Origin: an uncultured Fibrobacteria bacterium
GTDB taxonomy: Bacteria; Fibrobacterota; Fibrobacteria; UBA11236
DNA: 64,000 nt
Reading direction: 5' to 3'
Assembly: GCA_963716395.1 (NCBI GenBank)
Contig: OY970309.1
Span: 3,264,001-3,328,000 of the forward strand
This document shows, in pieces, positions 19,824 through 28,926 of this stretch. The notes below the pieces were generated by a model, which saw only the letters and a list, made by a program, of their open reading frames with translations, did not search any database and had not been told where the DNA came from. The position numbers were made by a program, and so were the translations under genes. Position 1 is the first letter of the stretch; each line of letters begins with the position of its first letter.

Positions 19824-19956
19824 AATTAGTTTGCAGGCATTATTGCAACGCGCTGCGGTCGGAAATTACCAAGTGCTATCATCGAGCGGCGAGGCTTATC
19901 TTTAAATCCGTTGTACCCGTCAGAGGCGGGGCCAGGCGGGAAGCAGGGTACAACCT

Positions 19957-20532
19957 ATGTCGGAAAAAATCTGGGCGATGCGCATCGAATTGTGGCTATG
20001 GGGCGGACTGATTTTGCTCATAGTCGGGCATTTGCTCTGGTGCCAGTTCATGTCTTATCCCGCCTCGTTTGAGCGTCAATTGCGTCGGGGCAAACCGTGG
20101 GTGTATATCCCCCTGCGGTGGAAGGGAATTCGCAAATTCGGAACCCTGACCTTTTCGCGTTTGCTGGTTTTGGGCATTGCCGCCGAAGGCGCGGTTTTGC
20201 TGTTGCATCAACTCGGTCGCAAAGAACCCGTCTGGTTCCTCGCTTCCGCCATTCTCTTTCTGGTGGCGGCATTGCGTTTGGATACTTTTTGGACGGAACG
20301 CCGCTATCATCAGCAGGAAGACGCGTTCTATTTGCTCCACGACGAACTGCGCGCTAAAATGGAACATGAAGGCAAGGATTTCACCGACTCCCAATGCCGC
20401 AGCCTGGCCATCTATCAGCATCAGCAAAGGCTGCGCAAAGCCGATGAAGCCGGGCATTTAATCGCCGCGATGCGGCAGGAAGCCAAGCGTTCGCGCCGGC
20501 ATGTCGCGGTCGACGAACCCGTGGAGACGTGA
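19957..20532 (+). CDS. Hypothetical membrane protein (about 3 TM helices plus soluble C-terminus)
   Basis: Three hydrophobic segments followed by a charged helical tail; first gene of an apparent operon. Confidence 0.7.
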   Translation: MSEKIWAMRIELWLWGGLILLIVGHLLWCQFMSYPASFERQLRRGKPWVYIPLRWKGIRKFGTLTFSRLLVLGIAAEGAVLLLHQLGRKEPVWFLASAILFLVAALRLDTFWTERRYHQQEDAFYLLHDELRAKMEHEGKDFTDSQCRSLAIYQHQQRLRKADEAGHLIAAMRQEAKRSRRHVAVDEPVET

Positions 20533-20538
20533 GGGTTT

Positions 20539-21672
20539 ATGCTTAAAGCGGCGGTTTCGCTTTTGGAAGAAGATCGCATTTGGAAAGATCGCCTGGCGGG
20601 CGATGGCATTTCCGAGGGCCATGCCCTGCCCTTCGCCGAATTCGCCTTGCGTCGCGTGTCGCGCACCTTCGCCCTGAATATTCGCGTTCTGCCCCATCCC
20701 CTGCGCGAGCATGTTTTGTACGCCTATCTGTACTGCCGCATGGCCGACACCCTGGAAGACGACGCCCACTTGCCGTCGGCGGAAAAGTCGCGCCTCTTGC
20801 GTGCCTTCGCCACCCTGTTCGCACCCGCGGAAGAAACGGCGGCCCGGGAAAAAATCCGGGCTTTCGCGGCGGAATTACCGGCCGAATGGAAATCCTCACC
20901 GGCATGGGAGCCCTTGTTGCTGATACATGCGCCGCTGGTGATCGCGCCCTTTCTGCATTTCCCCGAACCGGTGCGTATGGTCATCGCGCGTTGCGTAGAG
21001 GAGATGTGCCGTGGCATGGCCGGGTTTGCGGAAAAGTCGGCCGGCAATCGCCCGCTGATCGAAAACCTGGCGGATCTCGACAACTACTGTTATTTCGTCG
21101 CCGGAACGGTAGGTGTGCTGCTATGCGATCTCTTCATCCGCCACTCGGGAAAAATCCGTGCAGAACGCGCACATAACTTGAAATCGCTGTGTGTGTCCTT
21201 CGGTTTGGGGCTGCAACTCACCAACATTTTAAAAGACTTGCACGATGATAAAAAGCGCAACATATCCTGGTTGCCCGAAGCCTTGCTGGCCGAGGAAAAG
21301 TTGACCTTTCAGGAATTTTTGCAGCCGGATCGCCGCTCCCAAGCCAAACGCGTTTACCGTGTGCTCTTTGCCAAAACCAAAAAGCACCTCGAGGATGCGT
21401 TGGAATACTCCTGCCTCATCCCCAAATGGGATCGGCGACTCCGTCTGTTCTGCCTGTGGCCGCTGTTCATGGCGGCCGAGACCCTGGCCACCTTGGCGGA
21501 AAGCACCGAAGCCCTCACCCAGGGCGCGCGGCTAAAAATCACCCGCGCCCAGGTGCGCGACATCATTCGCCGCACGCGTTGGTTCGGCTGGTCCAACCGT
21601 TGGGTGCGGGCCGAATTCCGCAAGCCCCTGCGCCGACTGGAAACCGCCTTGCAAAGCCTGTCGGCTTCCTGA
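20539..21672 (+). CDS. Squalene/phytoene synthase family (squalene synthase-like)
   Basis: VSRTFAL, YLYCRMADTLEDD, YCYFVAGTVG, LQLTNILKDLHDD, LFCLWPLFMAAETL. Confidence 0.9.
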   Translation: MLKAAVSLLEEDRIWKDRLAGDGISEGHALPFAEFALRRVSRTFALNIRVLPHPLREHVLYAYLYCRMADTLEDDAHLPSAEKSRLLRAFATLFAPAEETAAREKIRAFAAELPAEWKSSPAWEPLLLIHAPLVIAPFLHFPEPVRMVIARCVEEMCRGMAGFAEKSAGNRPLIENLADLDNYCYFVAGTVGVLLCDLFIRHSGKIRAERAHNLKSLCVSFGLGLQLTNILKDLHDDKKRNISWLPEALLAEEKLTFQEFLQPDRRSQAKRVYRVLFAKTKKHLEDALEYSCLIPKWDRRLRLFCLWPLFMAAETLATLAESTEALTQGARLKITRAQVRDIIRRTRWFGWSNRWVRAEFRKPLRRLETALQSLSAS

Positions 21673-21688
21673 GCGGGGTGGGAAAATC

Positions 21689-22297
21689 GTGCAGCGTTCC
21701 TCTCCCCTGTCTGCGGCATTCCGGCTGGGCCTGCTGGCCGGGATCCTGGCCTTGGATCAAGCCACCAAATTTTGGGCGCGCATGCGCTTTTCCCTGCCCG
21801 GCGGCCAACCCGATTATGCGCAATCGCTGGCCATCGTCGGCGATTGGGTCCGTTTTCGCTTGGTCTACAATACCGGAGCGGCCTTCGGCATGCGTCCGCA
21901 GAATGTTCTGCCGTTTTTAAGCCCTACCTGGTTCTATGCCCTCTTTTCGCTGGCGGCCATTGTATTTCTCGCCGTGTATTACCGGCGGTTGGGCCCGGGA
22001 GAAGCGGCCACGCGCCTGGGCGTGGTGTTGATTCTGGCCGGGGCGATCGGCAATCTCGTGGATCGCCTGTGCTTCCACCGCGTCACCGATTTCATCGATG
22101 TGGGGATTCCCGGCCTTTTCCCGCGCTGGCCCACCTTCAACGTGGCCGACAGCAGCGTGTGCATCGGCATGGCGCTGCTGCTGCTCCTGCCGCTGTGGGC
22201 CCGGCGTACGGCGGCGCATGCCGTCGCGCCCCCCGAACCGGGAGCGGTTGAGGAAAAGCCGCCGGGCATCGCCACCGGCGGCCACCATGGATCCTGA
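21689..22297 (+). CDS. lspA: Lipoprotein signal peptidase II
   Basis: LDQATK, YNTGAAFG, GAIGNLVDR, VTDFID, FNVADS. Confidence 0.96.
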   Translation: MQRSSPLSAAFRLGLLAGILALDQATKFWARMRFSLPGGQPDYAQSLAIVGDWVRFRLVYNTGAAFGMRPQNVLPFLSPTWFYALFSLAAIVFLAVYYRRLGPGEAATRLGVVLILAGAIGNLVDRLCFHRVTDFIDVGIPGLFPRWPTFNVADSSVCIGMALLLLLPLWARRTAAHAVAPPEPGAVEEKPPGIATGGHHGS

Positions 22298-23273
22298 GCC
22301 CTTGCGGCTTCAGTACGGGGACGAAGCTCCGGCGGGCGAAAGACTCGACAAATATCTCAGCCAGGCCTTGGGCGATGCCTCCCGCACGCGCATCCAGCAG
22401 TGGATCGCGCAGGGACGCGTGCGCGTCGGCGGCAAAGCCGCGGCCAAGAACGCCCGCCTGCGCGTGGGCGACCTAGTCGAAGTGTGGGTGCCGATCGAGG
22501 CGGAACCCGCGCGCGTGGAAGCCGAAGACCTTCCCCTGTCGGTGGTGTACGAAGACGCTTGGCTGGCCGTGGTGGATAAACCAAAAGGCATGGTGGTTCA
22601 CCCCGGCCACGGCGTTCCGCGGGGTACCTTGGCCAACGCCCTGGCCCACCGCTTCCGCCGGTTGTCCGATCTGGGCGGGTCGGATCGGCCCGGCATCGTG
22701 CACCGCCTCGATCGCGATACCACCGGACTGCTGGTGGTGGCGCGCGACAACGCCACCCATGCGGCCCTGGCGCGGCAATTGACCGAACGCAACGTGCACC
22801 GCACCTATACAGCCCTGTGTTGGCGCGAGTTGGATCGCAGCACGGGCACTTTTTCGTGGCCGCTGGGCCGGCATGCGCGCGATCCTTTGCGCCGCGCCGT
22901 GCGCGACGACGGCAAAGCCGCGGTCACCCATTTTCAGGTCGCCGGCTGGTTCCAATTCGCCACCCAGCTCGACGTCGAGTTGGAAACCGGCCGCACCCAT
23001 CAAATTCGGGTGCACTTCGCGCATGCAGGCCACCCCATCGCCGGCGACGCGTTGTACGGCGGCCGCGAAAGCGCGCTGGCGCGCCTGGCGCCGCTGCTGC
23101 AAGCCCCGGCGGCGGGACTGCTCAAGCGGCTCGGCTCGCAGGCGTTGCATGCGCAGCGCCTGCAGTTCCGCCATCCGCACGAGGGCGTCCTGCGCACCTT
23201 CGCCGCGCCCCTGCCCGACGAATTCCGAGCCGCGTTGGATTATTTGCAACCCTATCAGCGACGGGAACCATGA
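22287..23273 (+). CDS. rluD: RluA-family 23S rRNA pseudouridine synthase (RluD type, with S4 domain)
   Basis: RLDKYL S4 domain, KPKGMVVHP, GIVHRLDRDTTGLL, ETGRTHQIRVH, GDALYG; start set at ATG 22287. Confidence 0.93.
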   Translation: MDPEPLRLQYGDEAPAGERLDKYLSQALGDASRTRIQQWIAQGRVRVGGKAAAKNARLRVGDLVEVWVPIEAEPARVEAEDLPLSVVYEDAWLAVVDKPKGMVVHPGHGVPRGTLANALAHRFRRLSDLGGSDRPGIVHRLDRDTTGLLVVARDNATHAALARQLTERNVHRTYTALCWRELDRSTGTFSWPLGRHARDPLRRAVRDDGKAAVTHFQVAGWFQFATQLDVELETGRTHQIRVHFAHAGHPIAGDALYGGRESALARLAPLLQAPAAGLLKRLGSQALHAQRLQFRHPHEGVLRTFAAPLPDEFRAALDYLQPYQRREP

Positions 23274-24184
23274 GGAACAAAAAACTGCCCGACCTCGATT
23301 TCAACCGCGCCCTGGCGCGCGGCCATGTCTGCTATAACGCGCGCGTGGGAGCCTGGTGGGAGAGTCAGGCGGCCGACGGCGCGCATCGCCGGGCCTACCG
23401 GCAGTTGGCCGACTACGTGCGCCAATCCGCTTTCGGCCGGGCGCCCGGGGCGCCCCTGCTCGTCGACTACGGATGCGGCAGCGGCGCATTTCTGGCCGAG
23501 CTGGCCCGGCGCCTGCCGCGGGCCCGTTTGGTTGGTCTCGACGGTTCGCACAAAATGCTGGCACGGGCGGCGGCGCGGCTGGCCGCGGCGGGCGTGACCT
23601 GCGAGTTGCTGCCGGCGGAGCGGGCCTTTGCCGAGCGCGGAGCGCGCGTGCGGCTGGTGCAAACACGCCTGCCCAATTTCCGCTTACCGCCAGGCCGGGC
23701 CGACGCCGTGTCCTTCATTTTTCCCAACATCGCCCCGGCCGCATCGGAACAGCCGATGTATGACCGCCACGGTTACCGCAACCGCGATGATACGGCGGTG
23801 GCCACCCTGCTGGCCCGCTTCCGTGAAATGGATCCCGAAGACGACGTGACCAGCGACGACCCCGAAACCCTGTACCACGGCCTGCTCACCGATCGCGTGC
23901 TGGCCCGCAACATCCGCGGCTTGCTGCGGCCGCGGGGATGGTGGTTCAAGGCCGACTACGCCAATGCGCCGCGCATCGAACTGGGACAAATCTCACAATG
24001 GCGCTCGCTGTTCGCCGAGGGCGCGTTGGCCGATGCCCTCAAGGGACGGCATTGCCAGGCCTTTTTCGCCTTGCGCGACAACCGCTACCATCGTTCGCAG
24101 GTCATTCTCGACGTCTACCATCAGACCCGCGATCCCGCCGATCAAACCGGCGGCTATTTCGTGACTTTGTTTGCGGTGCGATGA
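23270..24184 (+). CDS. Class I SAM-dependent methyltransferase
   Basis: Motif I LVDYGCGSG and LVGLDGSHKML; ATGA overlap with the rluD stop. Confidence 0.8.
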   Translation: MRNKKLPDLDFNRALARGHVCYNARVGAWWESQAADGAHRRAYRQLADYVRQSAFGRAPGAPLLVDYGCGSGAFLAELARRLPRARLVGLDGSHKMLARAAARLAAAGVTCELLPAERAFAERGARVRLVQTRLPNFRLPPGRADAVSFIFPNIAPAASEQPMYDRHGYRNRDDTAVATLLARFREMDPEDDVTSDDPETLYHGLLTDRVLARNIRGLLRPRGWWFKADYANAPRIELGQISQWRSLFAEGALADALKGRHCQAFFALRDNRYHRSQVILDVYHQTRDPADQTGGYFVTLFAVR

Positions 24185-24314
24185 ACCACCCCGTCCGCCT
24201 GCGTCGGACCGGCGGCGACGGGGCATCGGGAAGAATGCAAGTGGTCCGCGTCCGCCTTAGGCGGAAAGGTCTTCCGCAGCGCGACTTTCTCTGCGGAGAG
24301 CCCGCGGCAGGGTT

Positions 24315-26804
24315 TCAGGCTTCGGCGGTGTCGCCTTCGGCTTTTTTCGGGGCGCGCCTCCGCCCCTTGAATTCGCGCGGCGGAAACTCGAAACTGATTT
24401 TTCCCTGCGGTGACAATTTGAGGTAGGCATCGAAAAAGCGGCGCGTTTTGGACGATTGAAAACCTTGGATCAGGCCGGTGCGGCCTTCGGTCAGTAACTT
24501 GCGAATGACGTCGCGGTCGAGTTGTTTGCCCAGAATCATTTTACCGATGCGCAACCCGCTGCCGTTCGACCCGCCTTGGGAGACGTAGGCGGTCAGGGTT
24601 TCCAGCACGGGCGATCCGTCGACGGGCGAGGTTCCCAGCGGTTCGGGATTTACGATTTCAGGCTTCTCCCCGTCGGCGTTCTCGAACACGAATTCGACCT
24701 TGCGCAGGTCGGTGAAGCGCAGCGCGGCCGAAAAGGGCTTACCCTGTTTGCTGCGGAATCCGGTCAGCGGGCCGATGCGTTTTTCCCGCATCAGTTCTTC
24801 CACTTCCGCCGCGCCCATCTGCCGGCCGCCCAGCATTTTGCGCACCACCACCTTGCCGTCTTCCGATTCCCAGCGGCTGGGCGTTTCAAACATGGGTTTG
24901 CCGTCCAAAGGATTGGTGAAGCCGGCAGGTTTGCGATCCTTGTCTTCGTCGTAATTCTTGATGGCTTCGACCATGCGGCGGGTCAGGCTTTGAATTTCGT
25001 GCATGAAGGCTGCGCGCGTCTCCTGGCCTTTTTCCATGCGGTTGAGCTTGAACTCCCATTCACCGGTCAGCTCGGGCGAGGTCAATTCGGCGATGCCGAT
25101 GGCCGAAAGGATGCGCAACAGATCCAGAGCCTTGGCCGTGGGGATCAGTTCTTTGCCTTCGCGCACCACGTACTTATCCTGTATCAATCCTTCAATAACG
25201 GCCGCGCGCGTGGCCGGCGTGCCCAAGCCGCGTTCTTTCATGGCCGCGCGCAATTCCTCGTCTTCGACGTACTTGCCCGCGCTTTCCATGAACGACAACA
25301 GGGTTGATTCGGTGAAGCGCGGCGGCGGGCGGGTGCGGTCGGCGCGCACCTCGGTTTCGGCGGCCGTCACGGCCTGGCCCGGCCGCCAGGCCGTCAGAAT
25401 GGATTCTTCCTGGGCGTCGATGCCGTACACGGCCTTCCATCCGGGAATTTCCAGCACGCGCCCTTCGGTGCGGAAGGATTCGCCCGCGACCAGGGAGATC
25501 CGCGTGGTCTGCAAATACTTGGCCGCCGGAAAAAAAACCGCGATGAAGCGCTGCGTCACGGCCTGATAAATCTTGTGTTCGGCCTCGGAAAGGCCGGTGG
25601 GCAACACATTGGTGGGAATGATGGCGAAATGATCCGAAACCTTGGAGCCGTCGAAGATGCGGCGGTCGGGACGCACCAAGCCCTTGTCGTCGGCTTCGCC
25701 CGCGAAGGCGCCGAACTCTCCCTGGCGCAGAGTTTTCATCAGACCCTGGGCCACGGGCAGATAATCGTCGGGCAGAAAGCGGCTGTCGGTACGCGGATAG
25801 GTCAGCGCCTTGTGCCGCTCGTACAGCGCCTGGGCGATCGACAAGGTGGTTTTGGCGCTGAAGCCGAAGCGCGAATTGGCCTCGCGCTGCAAGGCCGTCA
25901 AATCGTAAAGCGGCGGGCAGCTTTGCAGCGAAGGCTTCTGGGTTTCCGACACTTCGGCGTTAAGTCCGCGGCATTTTTCCGCGATGGCTAGGGCGCGCGC
26001 TTCGTCCCACATCCGCTCCGCGCGCGCATCGTCGTCGCCTTTTTTCTGGAAAGCGGGATCGAACCAGCGGCCGGGATAGGTGGCGCCCCCGGCGATGGCG
26101 AATACCGCGTGCACCTCGAAATAATCCCGGGGCAGGAATCGGCTGCGCTCGTCTTCGCGCTGCACCATCATCGACAGGGTGGGCGTCTGCACGCGGCCGC
26201 AGGGCGTCAGGAAGAATCCGCCGTGCTGCGATTTGTAGCCGGTCAGAGCGCGCGAGCCGTTGATGCCCACCAGCCAGTCGGCTTCGGAGCGGCATTGCGC
26301 GGCCTGTGCCAGATTCTGCATCTCGGCGTCTTCGCGCAGATGGCGCAAGGCCTCCTGCATGGCCGTCAAGGTCATGCTTTGCAGCCACAGGCGACGCGCC
26401 ACCGTGTGCACGGGCTTTTGCTCGGATACGTATTGCAGGATGTAGCGGAAAATGAGTTCGCCTTCGCGGCCGGCGTCGCAGGCGTTGATGACTTCGGTTA
26501 CGTCTTTGCGGCGGATCAATTTGGCCAGGGTCATGAGCTGGCCCTTGGTTTTGGGCAGCGGCTTGATGGCGAAGCGCTCGGGGATGATGGGCAGGTTGTC
26601 GAGCGACCAGGTTTTGTGGCGGTCGTCCATTTCTTTGGGCGTGGCCAGGGTCACCAGATGCCCCAGCGCGAACGACACCAGATAGTGATCGCTTTCCCAG
26701 TAATTCTCGTGCTTTTCGAATTTTTCCGGCAGCGCCTTGAGCAGATCCTGCGCGACGCTCGGCTTTTCGGCGATAATCAGGGTCTTCTTTGAATCAGAAG
26801 GCAA
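24315..26804 (-). CDS. topB: Type IA DNA topoisomerase (topoisomerase III type with C-terminal repeats)
   Basis: IIAEKPSVA, NACDAGREGELIF, GRVQTPTL, catalytic TYPRTDS, GLGTPATRA, C-terminal GFRSKQGKPFSAAL repeats. TTG 26804 has an upstream AAAGGA; GTG 26852 is an alternative start. Confidence 0.92.
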   Translation of the reverse strand: MPSDSKKTLIIAEKPSVAQDLLKALPEKFEKHENYWESDHYLVSFALGHLVTLATPKEMDDRHKTWSLDNLPIIPERFAIKPLPKTKGQLMTLAKLIRRKDVTEVINACDAGREGELIFRYILQYVSEQKPVHTVARRLWLQSMTLTAMQEALRHLREDAEMQNLAQAAQCRSEADWLVGINGSRALTGYKSQHGGFFLTPCGRVQTPTLSMMVQREDERSRFLPRDYFEVHAVFAIAGGATYPGRWFDPAFQKKGDDDARAERMWDEARALAIAEKCRGLNAEVSETQKPSLQSCPPLYDLTALQREANSRFGFSAKTTLSIAQALYERHKALTYPRTDSRFLPDDYLPVAQGLMKTLRQGEFGAFAGEADDKGLVRPDRRIFDGSKVSDHFAIIPTNVLPTGLSEAEHKIYQAVTQRFIAVFFPAAKYLQTTRISLVAGESFRTEGRVLEIPGWKAVYGIDAQEESILTAWRPGQAVTAAETEVRADRTRPPPRFTESTLLSFMESAGKYVEDEELRAAMKERGLGTPATRAAVIEGLIQDKYVVREGKELIPTAKALDLLRILSAIGIAELTSPELTGEWEFKLNRMEKGQETRAAFMHEIQSLTRRMVEAIKNYDEDKDRKPAGFTNPLDGKPMFETPSRWESEDGKVVVRKMLGGRQMGAAEVEELMREKRIGPLTGFRSKQGKPFSAALRFTDLRKVEFVFENADGEKPEIVNPEPLGTSPVDGSPVLETLTAYVSQGGSNGSGLRIGKMILGKQLDRDVIRKLLTEGRTGLIQGFQSSKTRRFFDAYLKLSPQGKISFEFPPREFKGRRRAPKKAEGDTAEA

Positions 26805-26896
26805 TTCCGGGGATCCTTTCTCGGGATGGACAATAATAATACACGTGTCCAACCGGCCTTCGACCGCGGGCCGACTTTCCGGAAGTCATGTGCGGA

Positions 26897-27667
26897 TTAC
26901 AGCAACGCGCCGGTTGCGGGCGGACCTTCGGGGCTTTCGACCCGACGGCATACGTCGGCCGCCAGTTTCGGCCGCACCGCGTCCCAATGGCGCGACAGAA
27001 CGTCGGCCACCAGCCGCGTGTTGTCGGTGTCTTCGCCCTTGATGCGGAAACCCACGGCCCGGAACATTTGCAGGTGATCGTAACCGCCGTGTACTGCTTG
27101 GTTTTCCTGGTCGCTCAGGCGAATGGCGTCTTTGACTTCGAACAGGGCCTGGATCAATGCTTCGGCGTAGCGCTCGTCGCGCAAGAGCATGAACATGCGC
27201 TTCCACACGGGACGGCGACGCAAGGTTTCGCGGAAACCCTGCGCGTCGGAATGCCGCTGCCAGCGTTGATCCAGGCGCAGAAAGCCTTCGCAACGGCTCA
27301 GGGTGCGTTGGAATTCGTCGTCAGCCGACGACAGATTCCACGACGCCACGTGCACCGTGCCGCTGCCGCGCCGCACCATCTGCCGCAGCCAGATCAAGGC
27401 CTCCCAGGATCCGCGCCCCAATTGGCCCGGTTCCCAGAGCACCAGATGCCCGATGCCTTCGGCGTCGGTGCGCCGCAGGGCTTGCAGCAATCCGGGCCGC
27501 AGCGATCCCGGCGGCGAAGGCTCGTCGTCCTGCTCCACCTCCGGTACGGTTTCGAGGCCGTGGTTCATGCAATAGGTCTGCAGTTCGACCAGCTGGCTAT
27601 CCAACGAGCGGGTGCCCGGATCTTCGGGCCACACCGAGCAGTACAATAGCGCTTTGTTGTTGTGCAT
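26897..27667 (-). CDS. Serine recombinase (resolvase) catalytic-domain-like protein lacking the catalytic Ser, with unknown C-terminal domain
   Basis: ALLYCSVW...SLDSQLVELQTYC...RPGL...LVLWEPGQLGR follows the resolvase pattern Y-x-R-V-S...SL-x-x-Q...RPGL...D-R-L-x-R. Confidence 0.65.
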   Translation of the reverse strand: MHNNKALLYCSVWPEDPGTRSLDSQLVELQTYCMNHGLETVPEVEQDDEPSPPGSLRPGLLQALRRTDAEGIGHLVLWEPGQLGRGSWEALIWLRQMVRRGSGTVHVASWNLSSADDEFQRTLSRCEGFLRLDQRWQRHSDAQGFRETLRRRPVWKRMFMLLRDERYAEALIQALFEVKDAIRLSDQENQAVHGGYDHLQMFRAVGFRIKGEDTDNTRLVADVLSRHWDAVRPKLAADVCRRVESPEGPPATGALL

Positions 27668-27742
27668 AAGCCGCCTTTAATATAAAAGACGCCGGGCGGT
27701 TTGGGAATCTGCCGCGTGGTTTATCGCGGGCGAGACAGACAT

Positions 27743-27775
27743 AATTAATGCGAAAATTAATCCGAAAGTTCATCC
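27743..27775. repeat. 12-bp-period tandem repeat in a divergent promoter region
   Basis: AATTAATGCGAA / AATTAATCCGAA / AGTTCATCC. Confidence 0.55.
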
Positions 27776-27795
27776 ATCTCGGCGGTGTTTCCAAA

Positions 27796-28923
27796 ATGTC
27801 GAATTCGTTCAATTTCGTTTTTTTCACCACGGACTTTCCCCCGGATTTTGGCGGCTTGCAGGAATATTCCGGCCGCATCGCCGCCGGCCTGGGCCGATGC
27901 GGATTGATGGCCGTGGAAGCCGCGACACCCGCCAACCCGTTTTCACGCAACGAGTTCGCGGGCCGGTCGGTGGACTTGCGCTTGCATGCCGGCCGCTCGC
28001 GTCTGGGCGCCCTGTGGAGCGTACCGGTCGCCTGGCGACGCCGCCAGGCCCAAGCCTTTTTGCATATGCAATGGTCGACCGCGATCGGATCCTGGCTGTT
28101 GCGCCGCTTGGGTTTGGGACCTCCCTATGTCATCCTGGTACATGGTGCGGAATTGTTCGACGCCCGTCGGCCCTGGCTCAATGCCGTGAAGCGTTCGGTG
28201 CTCTGCAACGCCGCCCAGGTGGTCGCGGGTTCGCGGGCTGCGGCGGATTGGGTGCGCGGCTTGGGCGTGGCGGAATCGCGCCTGCGGGTTTTGCATTATG
28301 GCTGCGCCCTACCCGCTTCGCCGCCGCACGCGAAAACTTCGCCGGCATCGCCGCTACGTTTCGCCTGTCTGCATCGCCTCGTGCCGCGCAAAGGCACCGA
28401 CCTCCTGCTCTCGGCGTTGGCCGGACTCACCGAGCGCGCCTGGCGGCTCGACATTGCGGGAGACGGAGACGAAAAAAATGCGTTGCTGCGCAAAACCCGC
28501 GCGCTCGGGCTTGCGGATCGGGTTTGCTTTATGGGCGTATTGTCCGAGGCGGAGAAAGCGGAATTTCTGCGCGACCACGACTGGTTCATTTTGCCCAGCC
28601 TGCCGCCGCAAGTCCGCGACAATTATGCCGAAGGGCTGGGCATCGCCCTGCTCGAAGCCCAGGCCGCAGGCCTGCCCGTGCTGGCGGCGCGCACCGGCGG
28701 TATTCCCGAGGCCCTGGGCGACGGGCGCACGGGACTTTTATTCGCCGCCGGCGATGTCGAAGATCTGCGACTCAAGCTGCATTGGATTTTGGATCACCCG
28801 GAAGTAAGCATCCCCTGGGGACTGGCCGCCGCCGCCTGGGTGGCGGAAAATTTTTCGTGGGAAAGAACCCTGGAGGGGTTGGCCGAAGTGATGCGCGGCG
28901 CCGCGGGCCGAAACACGGTCTAA
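27796..28923 (+). CDS. Glycosyltransferase family 4 (PimB-like)
   Basis: TTDFPPDFGGLQEY, LVHGAE, HRLVPRKG, EGLGIALLEAQAAGLPV; start set at ATG 27796. Confidence 0.9.
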   Translation: MSNSFNFVFFTTDFPPDFGGLQEYSGRIAAGLGRCGLMAVEAATPANPFSRNEFAGRSVDLRLHAGRSRLGALWSVPVAWRRRQAQAFLHMQWSTAIGSWLLRRLGLGPPYVILVHGAELFDARRPWLNAVKRSVLCNAAQVVAGSRAAADWVRGLGVAESRLRVLHYGCALPASPPHAKTSPASPLRFACLHRLVPRKGTDLLLSALAGLTERAWRLDIAGDGDEKNALLRKTRALGLADRVCFMGVLSEAEKAEFLRDHDWFILPSLPPQVRDNYAEGLGIALLEAQAAGLPVLAARTGGIPEALGDGRTGLLFAAGDVEDLRLKLHWILDHPEVSIPWGLAAAAWVAENFSWERTLEGLAEVMRGAAGRNTV

Positions 28924-28926
28924 GGG

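Noticed and set aside
19682-19956. oriC next to dnaA
   Set aside because: No DnaA-box cluster or clear unwinding element. Near-matches to TTATCCACA (about 2099, 22572, 45113) are isolated and inside genes.
19697-20011. 104-aa ORF in the dnaA upstream region
   Set aside because: Atypical codon usage, no motif, and it overlaps the start of the better-supported membrane-protein gene.
26897-27667. Active resolvase marking a transposon or integrative element
   Set aside because: Catalytic residues are missing; no transposase, terminal repeats or cargo; the flanks are housekeeping genes.
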